From an uncultured Bacteroidota bacterium (lineage in GTDB: Bacteria; Bacteroidota; Bacteroidia; Flavobacteriales; Flavobacteriaceae): a stretch of 64,000 bases of DNA. The notes below the pieces were generated by a model, which worked only from the letters and a program-made list of their open reading frames with translations, was not told the origin of the DNA and searched no databases. Made by a program: the position numbers and the translations under genes. Every line of letters starts with the position of its first letter. Within the stretch, counting starts at the first letter, position 1. Shown in pieces: positions 1-9,790 of this stretch. The stretch is taken from positions 14,155-78,154 of the forward strand of contig CACOGA010000006.1 of the NCBI GenBank assembly GCA_902626585.1. Direction: 5' to 3'.

Positions 1-1
1 G

Positions 2-316
2 TATTGCAAAAAATTTATTTTCGACAGAGTTATTAATCCTCATGTAGATTTAGAAAGATTAAAAAACAAAATTATAAGCTACAAAAGTTTATTTATTGAG
101 TGGTGTCAAAAAAATAAGAAATTATACAGGTATGAAACTTTTGAAGACAGTGGTAATGATCCGGTAAAGCATTTTTCGGTAAAACTATCAATCGATGATA
201 AAATAATTGCAAAAGCAAGAGATACTTCCAAAAAAAAGGCGGAAGAAAAAGCCTCGAAGCGAGCATTTTTTATGTTTCAAGAAGATATTTTAAAACATCA
301 AAATCAAAATTCATAG
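2..316 (+). CDS. rnc: ribonuclease III, C-terminal part (5' end outside window)
   Basis: Frame is open from the window edge to TAG at 314-316. The translation ...DPVKHFSVKLSIDDKIIAKARDTSKKKAEEKASKRAFFMF... looks like the dsRNA-binding domain tail of RNase III. rnc / small IPExxxVDY-type gene / pyk is a usual Bacteroidota order. Confidence 0.7.
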   Translation, partial: YCKKFIFDRVINPHVDLERLKNKIISYKSLFIEWCQKNKKLYRYETFEDSGNDPVKHFSVKLSIDDKIIAKARDTSKKKAEEKASKRAFFMFQEDILKHQNQNS

Positions 317-343
317 AATAAGCGTATCTTTACAGAGAAATTC

Positions 344-826
344 TTGATTTTGAATAACCATAAATTAAACTTAAATCAATTTCCTCAAAATTTTCATTTA
401 ATTGCTATCCATTCCGACTTAGATGAATTTAGATTAGCATACTTTTTAAATGAAAAGCTAAATATTTCTCTGACCAGAAGAAATAAGGATATTCATTTAG
501 CTGAAAATAATGCCTATTACTCTTCATATGAGTTCTTGGACGAAACAAAATATTTGAAGTGGATATTTTTTTCAAATAAATCATTAGTTTCTGAATTGCC
601 CAATGTTGATGATAATGGTTTGTTCAGCTCAAGAAGTTCGGTTAAAAATGAAATAAGCCTTTTGAGCAATAAAAAGCAGGTAGATTACTTTTTGATCGTG
701 GAAAATATTGCGAATAAGTCATATTTAGAAAAAGTATTAAAAAAAATTTCAGAAATTAGGGGGGTTATAACTTCTTTCGTTTCTGACAATAAATTAGAAA
801 ACAAAGAAAATTTAATTTTCGCATGA
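344..826 (+). CDS. small conserved Bacteroidota protein, IPExxxVDY-family-like (motif degenerate here: LSNKKQVDY)
   Basis: 160-aa ORF with a TTG start, lying between rnc and pyk. It has an ATGA overlap with pyk. ...KKQVDYFLIVEN... resembles the family signature. Function unknown. Confidence 0.5.
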   Translation: MILNNHKLNLNQFPQNFHLIAIHSDLDEFRLAYFLNEKLNISLTRRNKDIHLAENNAYYSSYEFLDETKYLKWIFFSNKSLVSELPNVDDNGLFSSRSSVKNEISLLSNKKQVDYFLIVENIANKSYLEKVLKKISEIRGVITSFVSDNKLENKENLIFA

Positions 827-2259
827 GTTATATAAAATTCAAAAAAACTAAAATTGTTGCCACGCTAGGCCCTGGATGCAATAACAAGACAATGCTTACC
901 AGATTAATCAGAGCCGGAGTTAATGTATTTAGAATTAATTTTTCTCATGCAACATACAACGAGGCTGATTCACATATTGATTTGATAAGAAGTCTAAACA
1001 AGGAATTAGATACTAATGTCGCAATAATGGCAGACTTGCAAGGTCCTAAGATAAGAATTGGTCAAATGCAAGACGGAGTCGTATTTAAAAGAGGTGACAT
1101 ATTTTCCTTAATTACCTCAAAAGAAATAGTTGGAAATAAAGAAAAAGCATCTGTTTCATATGATGGTTTTGCAAAGGACGTAAGGAAGGGAGATACTGTT
1201 TTAATTGATGACGGCAAATTGATTTTTGAGGTCATTTCGTCCAATAGAAAAGATGAGGTAAAATTAAAAAATATTCAAGGGGGAAAACTTAGCTCCAAAA
1301 AGGGTGTTAATCTACCAAACACCAAAATTTCGACACCCTCATTAACTAAAAAAGATAAAAAAGATTTATTATATGCCATATCAAAAGAGCTAGATTGGGT
1401 TGCTTTATCTTTTGTCAGGGATGCTAATGATATGATTAAACTCAGAGAACTTATAGAAAAAGAGTCGGAAGAGAAAATTCCAATTATTGCAAAAATTGAA
1501 AAACCTGAGGCAATTAAAAATATTGAAGACATCATTCAAAATTCAGATGGTATAATGGTAGCAAGGGGTGATTTAGGTATTGAAATTCCATCTGAAGAAG
1601 TTCCTCTGATTCAGAAAAAGATTGTTTATTTAGCAAAGAGACACAGAATTCCAGTGATTATTGCGACACAGATGATGGAAAGTATGATCGATAGCATTAA
1701 GCCTAGTCGAGCCGAGGTTAATGATGTTGCAAATTCAGTTATGGATGGAGCTGATGCAATAATGCTTTCAGCAGAAACCTCTATTGGAAAATATCCTGCA
1801 GAGGTGGTAACTCAGATTTCAAAAATTATAACAACGGTTGAGTATTCTGATATGATTACAGTTCCTGAGTCACCCCCAAAGATTAAAACAAATAGATATA
1901 CAACAAAATATATATGCTACCATGCTGCTCAGATTGCAAATGAAACAAAAATTGCCGCTATCACCACTTTAACCCACAGCGGTTATACTGGATTTCAGGT
2001 ATCTTCATGGAGGCCACATTCAAACATCTTAGTATTTACATCAAACAAGAGGATTCTTTGCAGATTAAATTTATTGTGGGGGGTTAAAGCTTTTTATTAT
2101 AACAGATCAGTATCAACTGATAAGACAATTGAGGAAATAAATGAGATTGTAAATAAAAGAGGCTTTGCAAAAAAAGGGGATATGGTTATTAATCTTGCAT
2201 CGATGCCTGTAAAGGAAAGTGGAATGGTTAACACACTAAAAATTTCAGAAATTAAATAG
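823..2259 (+). CDS. pyk: pyruvate kinase
   Basis: 478 aa with motifs KTKIVATLGPG, RINFSHAT, MVARGDLGIEIP and IIATQMMESM. Confidence 0.95.
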   Translation: MSYIKFKKTKIVATLGPGCNNKTMLTRLIRAGVNVFRINFSHATYNEADSHIDLIRSLNKELDTNVAIMADLQGPKIRIGQMQDGVVFKRGDIFSLITSKEIVGNKEKASVSYDGFAKDVRKGDTVLIDDGKLIFEVISSNRKDEVKLKNIQGGKLSSKKGVNLPNTKISTPSLTKKDKKDLLYAISKELDWVALSFVRDANDMIKLRELIEKESEEKIPIIAKIEKPEAIKNIEDIIQNSDGIMVARGDLGIEIPSEEVPLIQKKIVYLAKRHRIPVIIATQMMESMIDSIKPSRAEVNDVANSVMDGADAIMLSAETSIGKYPAEVVTQISKIITTVEYSDMITVPESPPKIKTNRYTTKYICYHAAQIANETKIAAITTLTHSGYTGFQVSSWRPHSNILVFTSNKRILCRLNLLWGVKAFYYNRSVSTDKTIEEINEIVNKRGFAKKGDMVINLASMPVKESGMVNTLKISEIK

Positions 2260-2260
2260 C

Positions 2261-3214
2261 TTACTTTTCGTAGAGTAGTATTTCTTTTTTTCCCTTTTTA
2301 TTAACATATGCTCTGTACATTCCCGGGGTATTAAATTCCATTGAAATATTGGAGTTTTTATCAATGCCAATCATACCTCCATCACCTCCAATCTTTCCGA
2401 TTTTTTCATAAATTACTTTGGACATAGCTTTGGTTAAATCATAATTGCGATTTTCTAATAAAGAAGAAACTTGGTAAGCAGCAACAGTTCTTATAAAATA
2501 TTCTCCAGAGCCTGTTGAGGAAATTCCACAGGTATTATTATTTGCATAGGTGCCTGCACCTATAATTGGAGAGTCTCCAATTCTTCCCCATTTTTTATTT
2601 GTCGTCCCACCAGTTGAGGTGCCTGCAACGATATTACCATCAATATCGATTGCCACACAGCCAACGGTGCCATACTTTTTTTCCTCTTTTTTATCTAATA
2701 GCTGATTGAATCTAAATTCTGTATGGAAATATTCATTTTCAACAATTTCAAGATTCCTTTCTTTTGCAAATTTTTCCGCACCTTTTCCAGAAAGAAACAC
2801 ATGTTCAGAATGATTCATCACATCAGCGGCTAGTGTAATAGGATTTTTTACGTTTGAGGTTCCTGAGGAAGCACCAGCATTTAAATCATTACCTCTCATA
2901 ATAGATGCGTCATTCTCAACTTTGCCATCGCTGTTAAACACACTTCCTTTACCTGCATTGAAAAGAGGAGAATCTTCTAATATTTTAATTGTTTCAATAA
3001 CGGCTAATTCACTGGATTCACCGTCTTTTAATAATCCCCATCCCCTTGAAACAGCCTCATTTAGTTTATTAATAATTGAGTCTTCTTTTGATTTGGAAAT
3101 ATCTTCTTTCAGTATTATTCCCGCTCCTCCGTGTATGACAATTGCAATCTTATTTTCATCATTATTATTACAGCTCGAAAGAAGAATAATTAGAAGACAC
3201 AAATATTTTTTCAT
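2261..3214 (-). CDS. isoaspartyl peptidase / L-asparaginase (Ntn hydrolase), lipoprotein signal
   Basis: 317 aa with lipobox LLSSC, VIHGGAGII, autoprocessing site YGTVGCVAIDIDGN, and RIGDSPIIGAGTYA. Confidence 0.85.
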   Translation of the reverse strand: MKKYLCLLIILLSSCNNNDENKIAIVIHGGAGIILKEDISKSKEDSIINKLNEAVSRGWGLLKDGESSELAVIETIKILEDSPLFNAGKGSVFNSDGKVENDASIMRGNDLNAGASSGTSNVKNPITLAADVMNHSEHVFLSGKGAEKFAKERNLEIVENEYFHTEFRFNQLLDKKEEKKYGTVGCVAIDIDGNIVAGTSTGGTTNKKWGRIGDSPIIGAGTYANNNTCGISSTGSGEYFIRTVAAYQVSSLLENRNYDLTKAMSKVIYEKIGKIGGDGGMIGIDKNSNISMEFNTPGMYRAYVNKKGKKEILLYEK

Positions 3215-3265
3215 AACTGTAAAATATTAATAAATCCTTATCTTCGTCAAGTTAAATAATTTATC

Positions 3266-4798
3266 ATGAATATTGAAAACTCACTAAAAAAATTAGGCTT
3301 ATCAGGGCATAATATTGGAACTTCAACTGGTAGTAATTATTTCAGTAATGGAGATTCCCTTAGCAGCTATTCTCCCGTGGATGGAAAAGAAATTGGAACT
3401 GTTTCAACAACAACTTTTGATGACTATAACAAAGTTATAGAAAGTGCCCAATCTGCATTTAAACATTGGAGAACTATTCCTGCACCACAAAGAGGAGAAA
3501 TCGTAAGACAATTTGGAAATAAGCTTAGAGAATTAAAAGATCCTCTTGGAGTTTTGGTTTCATATGAAATGGGCAAGAGCTTTCAAGAAGGACTTGGTGA
3601 GGTTCAAGAAATGATTGATATTTGTGATTTTGCAGTTGGTCTTTCAAGACAATTACATGGTTTAACAATGCATAGCGAAAGACCCGGGCACAGAATGTAT
3701 GAACAATATCATCCACTAGGAATTGTTGGTATTATTTCAGCATTTAATTTTCCTGTTGCTGTGTGGTCATGGAATACGGCATTAGCTTGGGTTTGTGGAG
3801 ATGTATGTGTTTGGAAACCTAGTGAAAAAACTCCACTTTGTTCTGTGGCATGCCAAAAAATTATTGCTGATATTTTAAAACAAAATGATTTACCTGAAGG
3901 AATTTCTTGTTTAATAAATGGAGATTACAGAGTTGGAGAATACATGACTAAGGACAAGAGAATTCCACTTATTTCTGCAACAGGTTCAACCAGAATGGGA
4001 AAAATTGTTGCAAGTGAAGTGGGCGCCAGATTAGGAAAGTCACTGTTAGAGCTGGGCGGAAACAATGCTATTATTGTTACACCAGATGCTGATGTTAAGA
4101 TGACGGTTATGGGTGCGGTTTTTGGTGCAGTTGGAACTGCAGGTCAAAGATGTACTTCAACAAGAAGACTAATCATACACGAAGATATTTACAATGAAGT
4201 GCGTGATGCGGTAGTAAATGCCTATAAACAAATTAAAATTGGAAATCCCCTTGACCAATCAAATCATGTCGGACCCGTAATCGACAAATTAGCTGTTGAT
4301 ATGTATTCCAAAGCTTTGGATAAATTAGTTGAAGAAGGTGGAAATATCATTGTTGAGGGAGGTATATTAGAAGGTGAAGGATATGAAAGTGGGTGTTACG
4401 TAAAACCCGCGATTGCAGAGGCAAAACCAGATTTTCATATAGTTCAAGAAGAAACTTTTGCCCCAATTTTATACTTACTTAAATATTCAGGTCCAGTAAC
4501 TAATGCAATTGAAATTCAGAACAATGTTACTCAAGGATTGTCCTCTGCAATTATGACAAACAATCTTAAAGAGGCCGAGAAATTCCTGTCAGCTGCTGGT
4601 TCAGACTGCGGAATTGCTAATGTAAATATTGGTACTTCAGGTGCAGAAATTGGAGGTGCATTTGGTGGGGAAAAAGATACTGGCGGAGGTAGAGAATCAG
4701 GTTCTGATGCTTGGAAAATCTATATGAGAAGACAGACAAATACAATCAACTATACAGATGATCTTCCACTAGCTCAAGGAATTAAATTTGATCTTTAG
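3266..4798 (+). CDS. aldehyde dehydrogenase, ALDH7-like (probable 2-aminoadipate-6-semialdehyde / piperideine-6-carboxylate dehydrogenase)
   Basis: 510 aa with catalytic Glu in ELGGNNAIIV and Cys in GQRCTSTRRL, plus FNFPVAVWSWN. The subfamily call rests on overall resemblance only. Confidence 0.75.
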   Translation: MNIENSLKKLGLSGHNIGTSTGSNYFSNGDSLSSYSPVDGKEIGTVSTTTFDDYNKVIESAQSAFKHWRTIPAPQRGEIVRQFGNKLRELKDPLGVLVSYEMGKSFQEGLGEVQEMIDICDFAVGLSRQLHGLTMHSERPGHRMYEQYHPLGIVGIISAFNFPVAVWSWNTALAWVCGDVCVWKPSEKTPLCSVACQKIIADILKQNDLPEGISCLINGDYRVGEYMTKDKRIPLISATGSTRMGKIVASEVGARLGKSLLELGGNNAIIVTPDADVKMTVMGAVFGAVGTAGQRCTSTRRLIIHEDIYNEVRDAVVNAYKQIKIGNPLDQSNHVGPVIDKLAVDMYSKALDKLVEEGGNIIVEGGILEGEGYESGCYVKPAIAEAKPDFHIVQEETFAPILYLLKYSGPVTNAIEIQNNVTQGLSSAIMTNNLKEAEKFLSAAGSDCGIANVNIGTSGAEIGGAFGGEKDTGGGRESGSDAWKIYMRRQTNTINYTDDLPLAQGIKFDL

Positions 4799-4820
4799 TT
4801 TTTCGGAAGTTTAAATAAAT

Positions 4821-5408
4821 CTAAAAAATAGATTTTTTCTTTTTATTTATATAGGTGGTTTGGTTATAATTAACCTTGGCACCAAATCGTATATCACTAG
4901 AACTCATCACTAAATCTGTCTCAAATGTTTCTTCCCTACTTTTAACCAGTTTAATAAAATATCCATAATCTAAAGGTGGCTTTAGTTTTTTTATAATTAT
5001 AGATTCTGTTTTTTTATCATATTGTGATTGTCTGGTTTTATCTTTTATAGTGTATCTTATTTTGTCTTCAAAATCGATAAAACAGATGATATTTGAACAG
5101 ATTACATTATCGTATTTGTCTTTTTTGTGAGATGTAACATGAGCTAAATGCTTAATTTCATCCCAGGTTATAGTTTTTTTCTTTAACGGTAAGAAAAGAG
5201 AGGTTCTTGAAATACCCCTTGAGTTAGCAGTATATTTTTTAACCCCTAACAGCAAACAGACTATTGAAATAGCAATAAATAACTCGGCATCATAATCAAA
5301 TCTTTCAAATAAATTAAAGTATCTAACCCCTGCATAATACATAGTAAAAAAGAATAGAAAAAATACAAATTCTACAGGCTCAAATAATTTTATATTTCTT
5401 TCAAACAT
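4821..5408 (-). CDS. hypothetical membrane protein (two N-terminal TM helices plus a Lys-rich soluble domain)
   Basis: 195-aa ORF whose start abuts the stop of the upstream SDR gene (5408/5409). No motif recognised. Confidence 0.45.
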   Translation of the reverse strand: MFERNIKLFEPVEFVFFLFFFTMYYAGVRYFNLFERFDYDAELFIAISIVCLLLGVKKYTANSRGISRTSLFLPLKKKTITWDEIKHLAHVTSHKKDKYDNVICSNIICFIDFEDKIRYTIKDKTRQSQYDKKTESIIIKKLKPPLDYGYFIKLVKSREETFETDLVMSSSDIRFGAKVNYNQTTYINKKKKSIF

Positions 5409-6158
5409 TTAATTTTTATTTATAATTGAGCTTGCTGCTTGTGCCTGGGGAAGTACTAGGATATCTGCAATGTTCACATGGCCTGGTCTATTGATTACAA
5501 ATTCTATAATATCAGCAATATCTTCGGCTTGAAGAGCCTTATATCCCTGATAAACCTTTTCCGCTCTATCGTTATCTCCTTTAAATCGAACATTTGAAAA
5601 GTCAGTTTCTACGAGGCCAGGATTGATTTCAGATACTTTAATTCCTGTTTTATTAAGATCTATTCTCATGGCTTTTGAAATTGCGTTGACTGCATGTTTT
5701 GATGCGCAATAGACATTTCCTTTTTCATACACTTCCCTGCCTGCCAAAGAACCAATATTTATTACATGTCCGTTTTTTTTCTCAACCATCTTTGGAATAA
5801 TTGCCCTTGAAACATATAACAAGCCTTTTACATTGATATCAATCATGTTATCCCAATCTTCAATCGAACCTTCCTGAATTGTATCTAATCCGTGAGCATT
5901 TCCAGCATTATTAATAAGAATATCAATAGATCTAAACTCTTCGGGAAGATCATTTAAAATTCTATTTACTTCATTTTTATCTGATACATCGAAGCAAAGT
6001 GATAATACGTTTACAGATTTGGAGAGTTCCTCATAAATTTCATCTAATTTATATTGTCTTCTTCCACATAAAATAAGTTGATTTTTTTCATTTGCTAACT
6101 TTTTAGCTGTTGCTAGCCCTATACCGCTTGTTGCTCCTGTGATTAGTATTGTTTTCAA
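5409..6158 (-). CDS. short-chain dehydrogenase/reductase (YdfG-like NADP-dependent)
   Basis: 249 aa with a TTG start, ITGATSGIGLATA (TGxxxGxG), NNAG, and YCASKHAV (YxxxK). Confidence 0.85.
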   Translation of the reverse strand: MKTILITGATSGIGLATAKKLANEKNQLILCGRRQYKLDEIYEELSKSVNVLSLCFDVSDKNEVNRILNDLPEEFRSIDILINNAGNAHGLDTIQEGSIEDWDNMIDINVKGLLYVSRAIIPKMVEKKNGHVINIGSLAGREVYEKGNVYCASKHAVNAISKAMRIDLNKTGIKVSEINPGLVETDFSNVRFKGDNDRAEKVYQGYKALQAEDIADIIEFVINRPGHVNIADILVLPQAQAASSIINKN

Positions 6159-6292
6159 GCTCTTTATTTTGAATTATTTAAAATGTTAATTTTTGGTTAA
6201 AAACCTCCTTTTTTAACCTAATATTAACAGAGATATTTGCGATGATTTGCCATTTTGCAAAACCAATTTTAAAGTTATAATAATTTTTACTT

Positions 6293-7288
6293 ATGGAAAA
6301 CAAAGTTGATATAAAGAAAATTAATGAAAAAATAGAGAAAGAAAGTGCCTTCATAGATCTACTAAGATCCGAAATGAATAAGGTTATTGTCGGCCAAAAG
6401 AATATGGTCGATAAACTTTTAATAGGTCTTCTTGCAAAAGGCCACATATTACTTGAAGGTGTTCCTGGTTTGGCTAAAACCCTTGCTATCAACACCTTAT
6501 CAAAGGCAATTAGTGGTAGTTTTAGCAGAATTCAATTCACACCTGATCTTTTACCTGCTGATGTTGTCGGTACCCAATTGTATAACGTTAAGCAATCCAA
6601 ATTTTCGGTAAAGAAAGGTCCAGTTTTTGCAAATTTTGTTCTCGCAGATGAGATAAACAGGGCACCTGCTAAAGTTCAGTCTGCACTATTAGAAGCTATG
6701 CAGGAAAAACAAGTTACAATCGGCGAAGAAACTTTCAAGTTAGATGAGCCCTTTTTAGTTATGGCTACACAAAACCCAATTGATCAGGAAGGAACATATC
6801 CACTTCCAGAAGCTCAAGTTGACAGGTTCATGTTAAAAACGGTTATTTCTTACCCAGAATTAGGGGATGAAAAATTAATAATGCGAGCAAATCTTGAAAA
6901 TACTGTGAGTAAAGTAAAACCCGTAGTGACACTTAAAAAGATTATGACAGCGCAAAAAGTTGTGAGAGAAGTCTATATGGATGAAAAAATTGAATCATAC
7001 ATACTTGATATTATTTTTGCTACTAGATTTCCTGAAAAATATAATTTATCAGAATTAAAACCACTAATATCTTTTGGTGCTTCGCCAAGAGGAAGTATTA
7101 ATCTTGCATTAGCTGCAAAATGTTATGCGTTTATAAACAGAAGAGGATTTGTTATTCCAGATGATGTAAGAGCAGTGGTATTTGATGTTTTACAACATAG
7201 AATTGGAATTTCTTATGAAGCTGAAGCAGAAAACATGTCCTCAGTTGATATTATCACAAAAATTGTAAATGAAATAGCCGTTCCATAA
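6293..7288 (+). CDS. MoxR-family AAA+ ATPase (first gene of Bat operon)
   Basis: 331 aa with Walker A LEGVPGLAKT and Walker B LADEINRAPAK. Followed by DUF58 and VWA genes. Confidence 0.92.
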   Translation: MENKVDIKKINEKIEKESAFIDLLRSEMNKVIVGQKNMVDKLLIGLLAKGHILLEGVPGLAKTLAINTLSKAISGSFSRIQFTPDLLPADVVGTQLYNVKQSKFSVKKGPVFANFVLADEINRAPAKVQSALLEAMQEKQVTIGEETFKLDEPFLVMATQNPIDQEGTYPLPEAQVDRFMLKTVISYPELGDEKLIMRANLENTVSKVKPVVTLKKIMTAQKVVREVYMDEKIESYILDIIFATRFPEKYNLSELKPLISFGASPRGSINLALAAKCYAFINRRGFVIPDDVRAVVFDVLQHRIGISYEAEAENMSSVDIITKIVNEIAVP

Positions 7289-7298
7289 ATTCTTAATA

Positions 7299-8162
7299 AT
7301 GGAAACAAAAGATCTTCTAAAAAAAGTCAGAAAAATTGAAATCAAAACCAAAAGATTATCAGATCACATTTTTGGTGGAGAGTACCAATCAACATTTAAA
7401 GGTAGAGGTATGGCTTTTAGTGAAGTTAGACAATATCAATTTGGAGATGATGTAAGAGCAATAGATTGGAATGTAACAGCAAGATATAACGACACATTTA
7501 TAAAAGTATTTGAGGAGGAGAGAGAGTTAACAATGATGTTAATTATTGATATATCTGGCTCCAATTTTTTTGGATCTAACTCAGCTTTTAAAAATGAGTA
7601 TGTTACCGAATTGGCGGCAACTTTAGCATTTTCAGCAACCAAAAACAACGACAAAGTTGGATTAATTTTATTCTCTGATAATGTTGAATTATACATTCCC
7701 CCAAAAAAAGGTAAATCTCATGTTTTGAGGATTATTCGAGAGTTGCTAGAATTTAAATCAAAGAGTAAAAAGACTGATATTAATGTTCCTTTAAAGTTTG
7801 TTTCTAATATTTTAAAAAACAGATCTATCGCTTTTATTATTTCTGATTTTATTTCTCAAGATTATTCAAATTCTCTTAAAATATTTTCTTCTAGACATGA
7901 CGTAACAGGAATCAGAGTATATGATCAAACCGAAGAAATTATTCCAAATTTAGGCGTTATAGATATAAATGATAATGAAACCGGAAAAAGAATTACAGTA
8001 AATACTACCTCAAAAAATCTTAGAAAGAAATACAATGAATATTATAATTCCAAAAGGAATGAGTTTATAGATTTTTTTAAAAGGTCAGGATCTGGAATAA
8101 TTGAATGTAATACGCAAGATGATTATCAGAAAAAATTATTAAAATATTTTAAGAGTCGATGA
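7299..8162 (+). CDS. DUF58 domain protein (MoxR partner)
   Basis: 287 aa with the GDDVRAIDWNVTAR signature. Sits directly after MoxR. Confidence 0.85.
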   Translation: METKDLLKKVRKIEIKTKRLSDHIFGGEYQSTFKGRGMAFSEVRQYQFGDDVRAIDWNVTARYNDTFIKVFEEERELTMMLIIDISGSNFFGSNSAFKNEYVTELAATLAFSATKNNDKVGLILFSDNVELYIPPKKGKSHVLRIIRELLEFKSKSKKTDINVPLKFVSNILKNRSIAFIISDFISQDYSNSLKIFSSRHDVTGIRVYDQTEEIIPNLGVIDINDNETGKRITVNTTSKNLRKKYNEYYNSKRNEFIDFFKRSGSGIIECNTQDDYQKKLLKYFKSR

Positions 8163-9790
8163 AACTATTTCTCAATCTTTTAATTATTTGTTTTGTTTTT
8201 TTACAGAGCATTACATTCAGTTCACAAAGTATTACTGCATCTGTTGAATCTGATTCAATATTGATAGGAAAAGAACTTATTTATACAATTGATGTAAATT
8301 CTGAAAAGTTTGAAAATATTATTTTTCCCGATTCAACATCGTTTGTGCCCTTCGAATTAATTTCAGAATCTCAAATTGATACAATTAAGGTTGAAGAGGG
8401 TTTTCTATTTTCAAAGAAATATGGAATTATATCATTTGAGGAAGGAGAATATATCATTCCAAAAATAAAGATTCAAATTGGAGATAAATTATTTTCCACT
8501 GACTCTAAAAAAATCTCGGTTAATTTAGTTGAAGTTGACACTACCAAGCAAGGTCTTTACGATCTAAAGCCATCATTTGATAAATTTTCTACATTAGAAA
8601 TTTTCAAACTTCGCTTAATGAATAATTATTTAATTATTCTGCTCACTCTTTTTTTAATCTTGATTTTATTTTTTTTCAGAAGACAACTGGTTGATTTTTT
8701 TAACCCACTATTAAATATTAAACCTGCATTAAGACCTATTGAACTAATTAAGAAAAGATTAAGTGATTTAGAAAAAATTAATCTTGATTCAAAAGAAGAT
8801 ATTAAGTTGTTTTATTCTGAATTAACATATGCGCTCAGAAGTTTTTTTGAAAAAGAAGTATATGAAAAAGCCTTAGAAAGTACTTCAGGCGAGCTAATCT
8901 TAAAACTAAAAAACTTAAGCGAAATAAAATCTTTTAAAATTTCAGGGGTATCTATTAACAGAATTGAAGATATTTTTAAAAGAGCGGACTTAGTAAAGTT
9001 TGCAAAATTTCTACCTGAAAAAAATGTTATTCAAAATGACCTTAGTATAATTAATGAAGAGGTAAAACTTTTTTCTGAATTACTTCCTGAACCCACTGAA
9101 GAAGAAAAATTAAAAAATTTAAATTATAAAAAACAAGCAGAGGAGAGGTTGAGAAATGAAAGACTAAAAATTGTTTCAATTTCAGCAGCTTCTTTAATTT
9201 TCTTATTATTTATTTTTTCAGGTTTTATAAATGGTTTTCAATATTCGATAGATAAGATAACGTTTAATAATAATCTTAGATTGCTAAATAAAATTTGGGT
9301 AAAATCCGAATATGGGTCCCCTGGAATATTTGTTGAAACTCCTGACGCTTTAGTAAGATTAAATAACGACAATGAATTTTTATATGATGATTATAAAATT
9401 GAATCTCAATTTTATTTCTCGAATTCAAATAAATCTATTGAATTTTTTGTCTCAAACTATTCCTCTGAATCGAAGATTGAACCACAAAATTTCCAATCAA
9501 TTTTAGAATCAATTTTGGATGATCTAGAAGGTAGAGGACTCCAAAATATTCTTGTAAAGTATGAGGAATTTGAAACAAAAAATAAAGGCAAAGGTCTACT
9601 TATCTCTGGAACATCAGACTTTAAAATAAGTGATAAAAATTATAAATCTGGAAATTATAACGTAATTGGTTTTTTAACAGAAACAGGATTTAAAACAGCA
9701 ATTCTTTTAACCCATGAAAAAAGATATGTGAATGAGATTAGAGAAAGAATTATTAATTCAATTGAAGTATTAAAGGAAGAAAAAAAATGA
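8159..9790 (+). CDS. Bat-operon membrane protein, BatD-like N-terminal domain, two TM helices and a unique C-terminal domain
   Basis: 543 aa with a signal peptide and TMs near aa 157-175 and 350-370. Domain layout parallels BatD (12606..14363). ATGA overlaps on both sides. Confidence 0.6.
   Translation: MKLFLNLLIICFVFLQSITFSSQSITASVESDSILIGKELIYTIDVNSEKFENIIFPDSTSFVPFELISESQIDTIKVEEGFLFSKKYGIISFEEGEYIIPKIKIQIGDKLFSTDSKKISVNLVEVDTTKQGLYDLKPSFDKFSTLEIFKLRLMNNYLIILLTLFLILILFFFRRQLVDFFNPLLNIKPALRPIELIKKRLSDLEKINLDSKEDIKLFYSELTYALRSFFEKEVYEKALESTSGELILKLKNLSEIKSFKISGVSINRIEDIFKRADLVKFAKFLPEKNVIQNDLSIINEEVKLFSELLPEPTEEEKLKNLNYKKQAEERLRNERLKIVSISAASLIFLLFIFSGFINGFQYSIDKITFNNNLRLLNKIWVKSEYGSPGIFVETPDALVRLNNDNEFLYDDYKIESQFYFSNSNKSIEFFVSNYSSESKIEPQNFQSILESILDDLEGRGLQNILVKYEEFETKNKGKGLLISGTSDFKISDKNYKSGNYNVIGFLTETGFKTAILLTHEKRYVNEIRERIINSIEVLKEEKK

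Noticed and set aside
6195-6218. 9-bp-stem hairpin ggttaaaaa-cctcct-tttttaacc between the SDR and moxR genes. The loop reads AGGAGG on the minus strand.
   Set aside because: It lies about 46 nt from the SDR start, too far to be an RBS, and no U-tract follows it on either strand. A/T-only stems like this are common by chance in 30% GC DNA.
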